Notes under the pieces: generated by a model
What the model was told of the DNA's origin: nothing
The model's database searches: none
What the model saw: the letters and a program-made list of their open reading frames with translations, nothing else
Made by a program: the position numbers and the translations under genes
DNA from: Chlorokybus atmophyticus
Lineage: Eukaryota; Plantae; Mesostigma and Chlorokybus algae
Length of the DNA: 64,000 nucleotides
Direction of reading: 5' to 3'
Assembly (NCBI GenBank): GCA_009103225.1
Contig: RHPI01000560.1
Coordinates: 169,465-233,464, forward strand
Part shown: one piece after another, positions 63,535 through 64,000 of the stretch
Layout: each line of letters begins with the position of its first letter
Position numbering within the stretch: the stretch's first letter is position 1

Positions 63535-64000
63535 TGTCACGTTGACCTCTCAACTTACCTGCTGCGAGCGTCACAAACTTTTGCACAAGTCGTTCAACTT
63601 ACTGCACACCTTGCAACAAGCAACACCCCCACAAGGATTGGATGGGGAGAGCACCCTTCAACAGCTTCAGCCAGGTACCCCACACACAAGTAGCTTTGCA
63701 AGGCCAGTAACGGATTGCCACCACAAGGTGGTGTCATCACTTTATACTATCTGCTGCTTTTCGACCTGGCACATAGGATGTCTGAGTCCAGCGAGACCTC
63801 GCCACGTATGCGCTAACGTGTCAGCACAGGCTGACTGTAATCACCCTCAGACACATTAACATGGGCACTCTTGCCTTAGCGACTATGCGCTTGACAATGA
63901 ACAGTCCTGTTTTTACTGGTACAATGTCATGTGTACTACAGGAGTAGCTGCTATGTCCTTATGCATTAACACGTACACATACGCTCTAACTTCATAAACA
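63535..64000 (-). repeat. 5' LTR of the Gypsy element (partial, continues beyond the window)
   Basis: tgtcacgttgacctct..., collinear with 55545 onward, with the PBS immediately adjacent. Confidence 0.9.

Larger units (their letters stand above)
55545..64000 (-). mobile_element. Degenerate chromoviral Ty3/Gypsy LTR retrotransposon with a Dam-like methyltransferase domain; runs past the window edge
   Basis: 3' LTR 55545-56134 with adjacent PPT (GGGGAGGAA); 5' LTR from 63535; PBS TGGTATCGGCGC. Domain order on minus: gag, CCHC knuckle, MTase-like, protease, RT (LPFRLTNAPATF; YLAD), RNase H (ELTVVTDHNPL-like RRLTVVTDHNPL), integrase (H..C..C; YHPQSD..TERAN), chromodomain. Many stops and frameshifts. 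Confidence 0.92.

Overview
Gene-dense, intron-rich eukaryotic nuclear DNA with five N gaps. The gene set (plant-type ZF-HD finger, TITAN-like/CENATAC, THO7, plant-type NDUFB2, two flagellar proteins and nucleus-encoded MinC) points to a flagellate, early-diverging streptophyte green alga; this is inference, not a database result. About 13 protein genes can be supported: a ZF-HD zinc finger fused to three phage-integrase-type repeats, CCDC180/CFAP76, CFAP96, TTL/CENATAC, MinC, an intronless membrane protein, PhoD phosphatase, a VOC/glyoxalase-family protein, an FMN-dependent quinone reductase, THOC7, NDUFB2, eIF3d and poly(A) polymerase. Ten of them sit in five head-to-head pairs. The 13-23 kb interval and the last 11 kb are dominated by repeats and transposons. 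These include a 135-bp tandem repeat, two copies of a ~1.55-kb TIR DNA element with 2-bp target duplications, a pogo-like MITE and a 559-bp TRIM with a 5-bp TSD. There is also a degenerate chromoviral Ty3/Gypsy element (55.5 kb to beyond the right edge, minus strand) that carries a Dam-like N6-adenine DNA methyltransferase domain between Gag and protease. All family assignments come from remembered motifs and hand translation. Exon boundaries are partly approximate.
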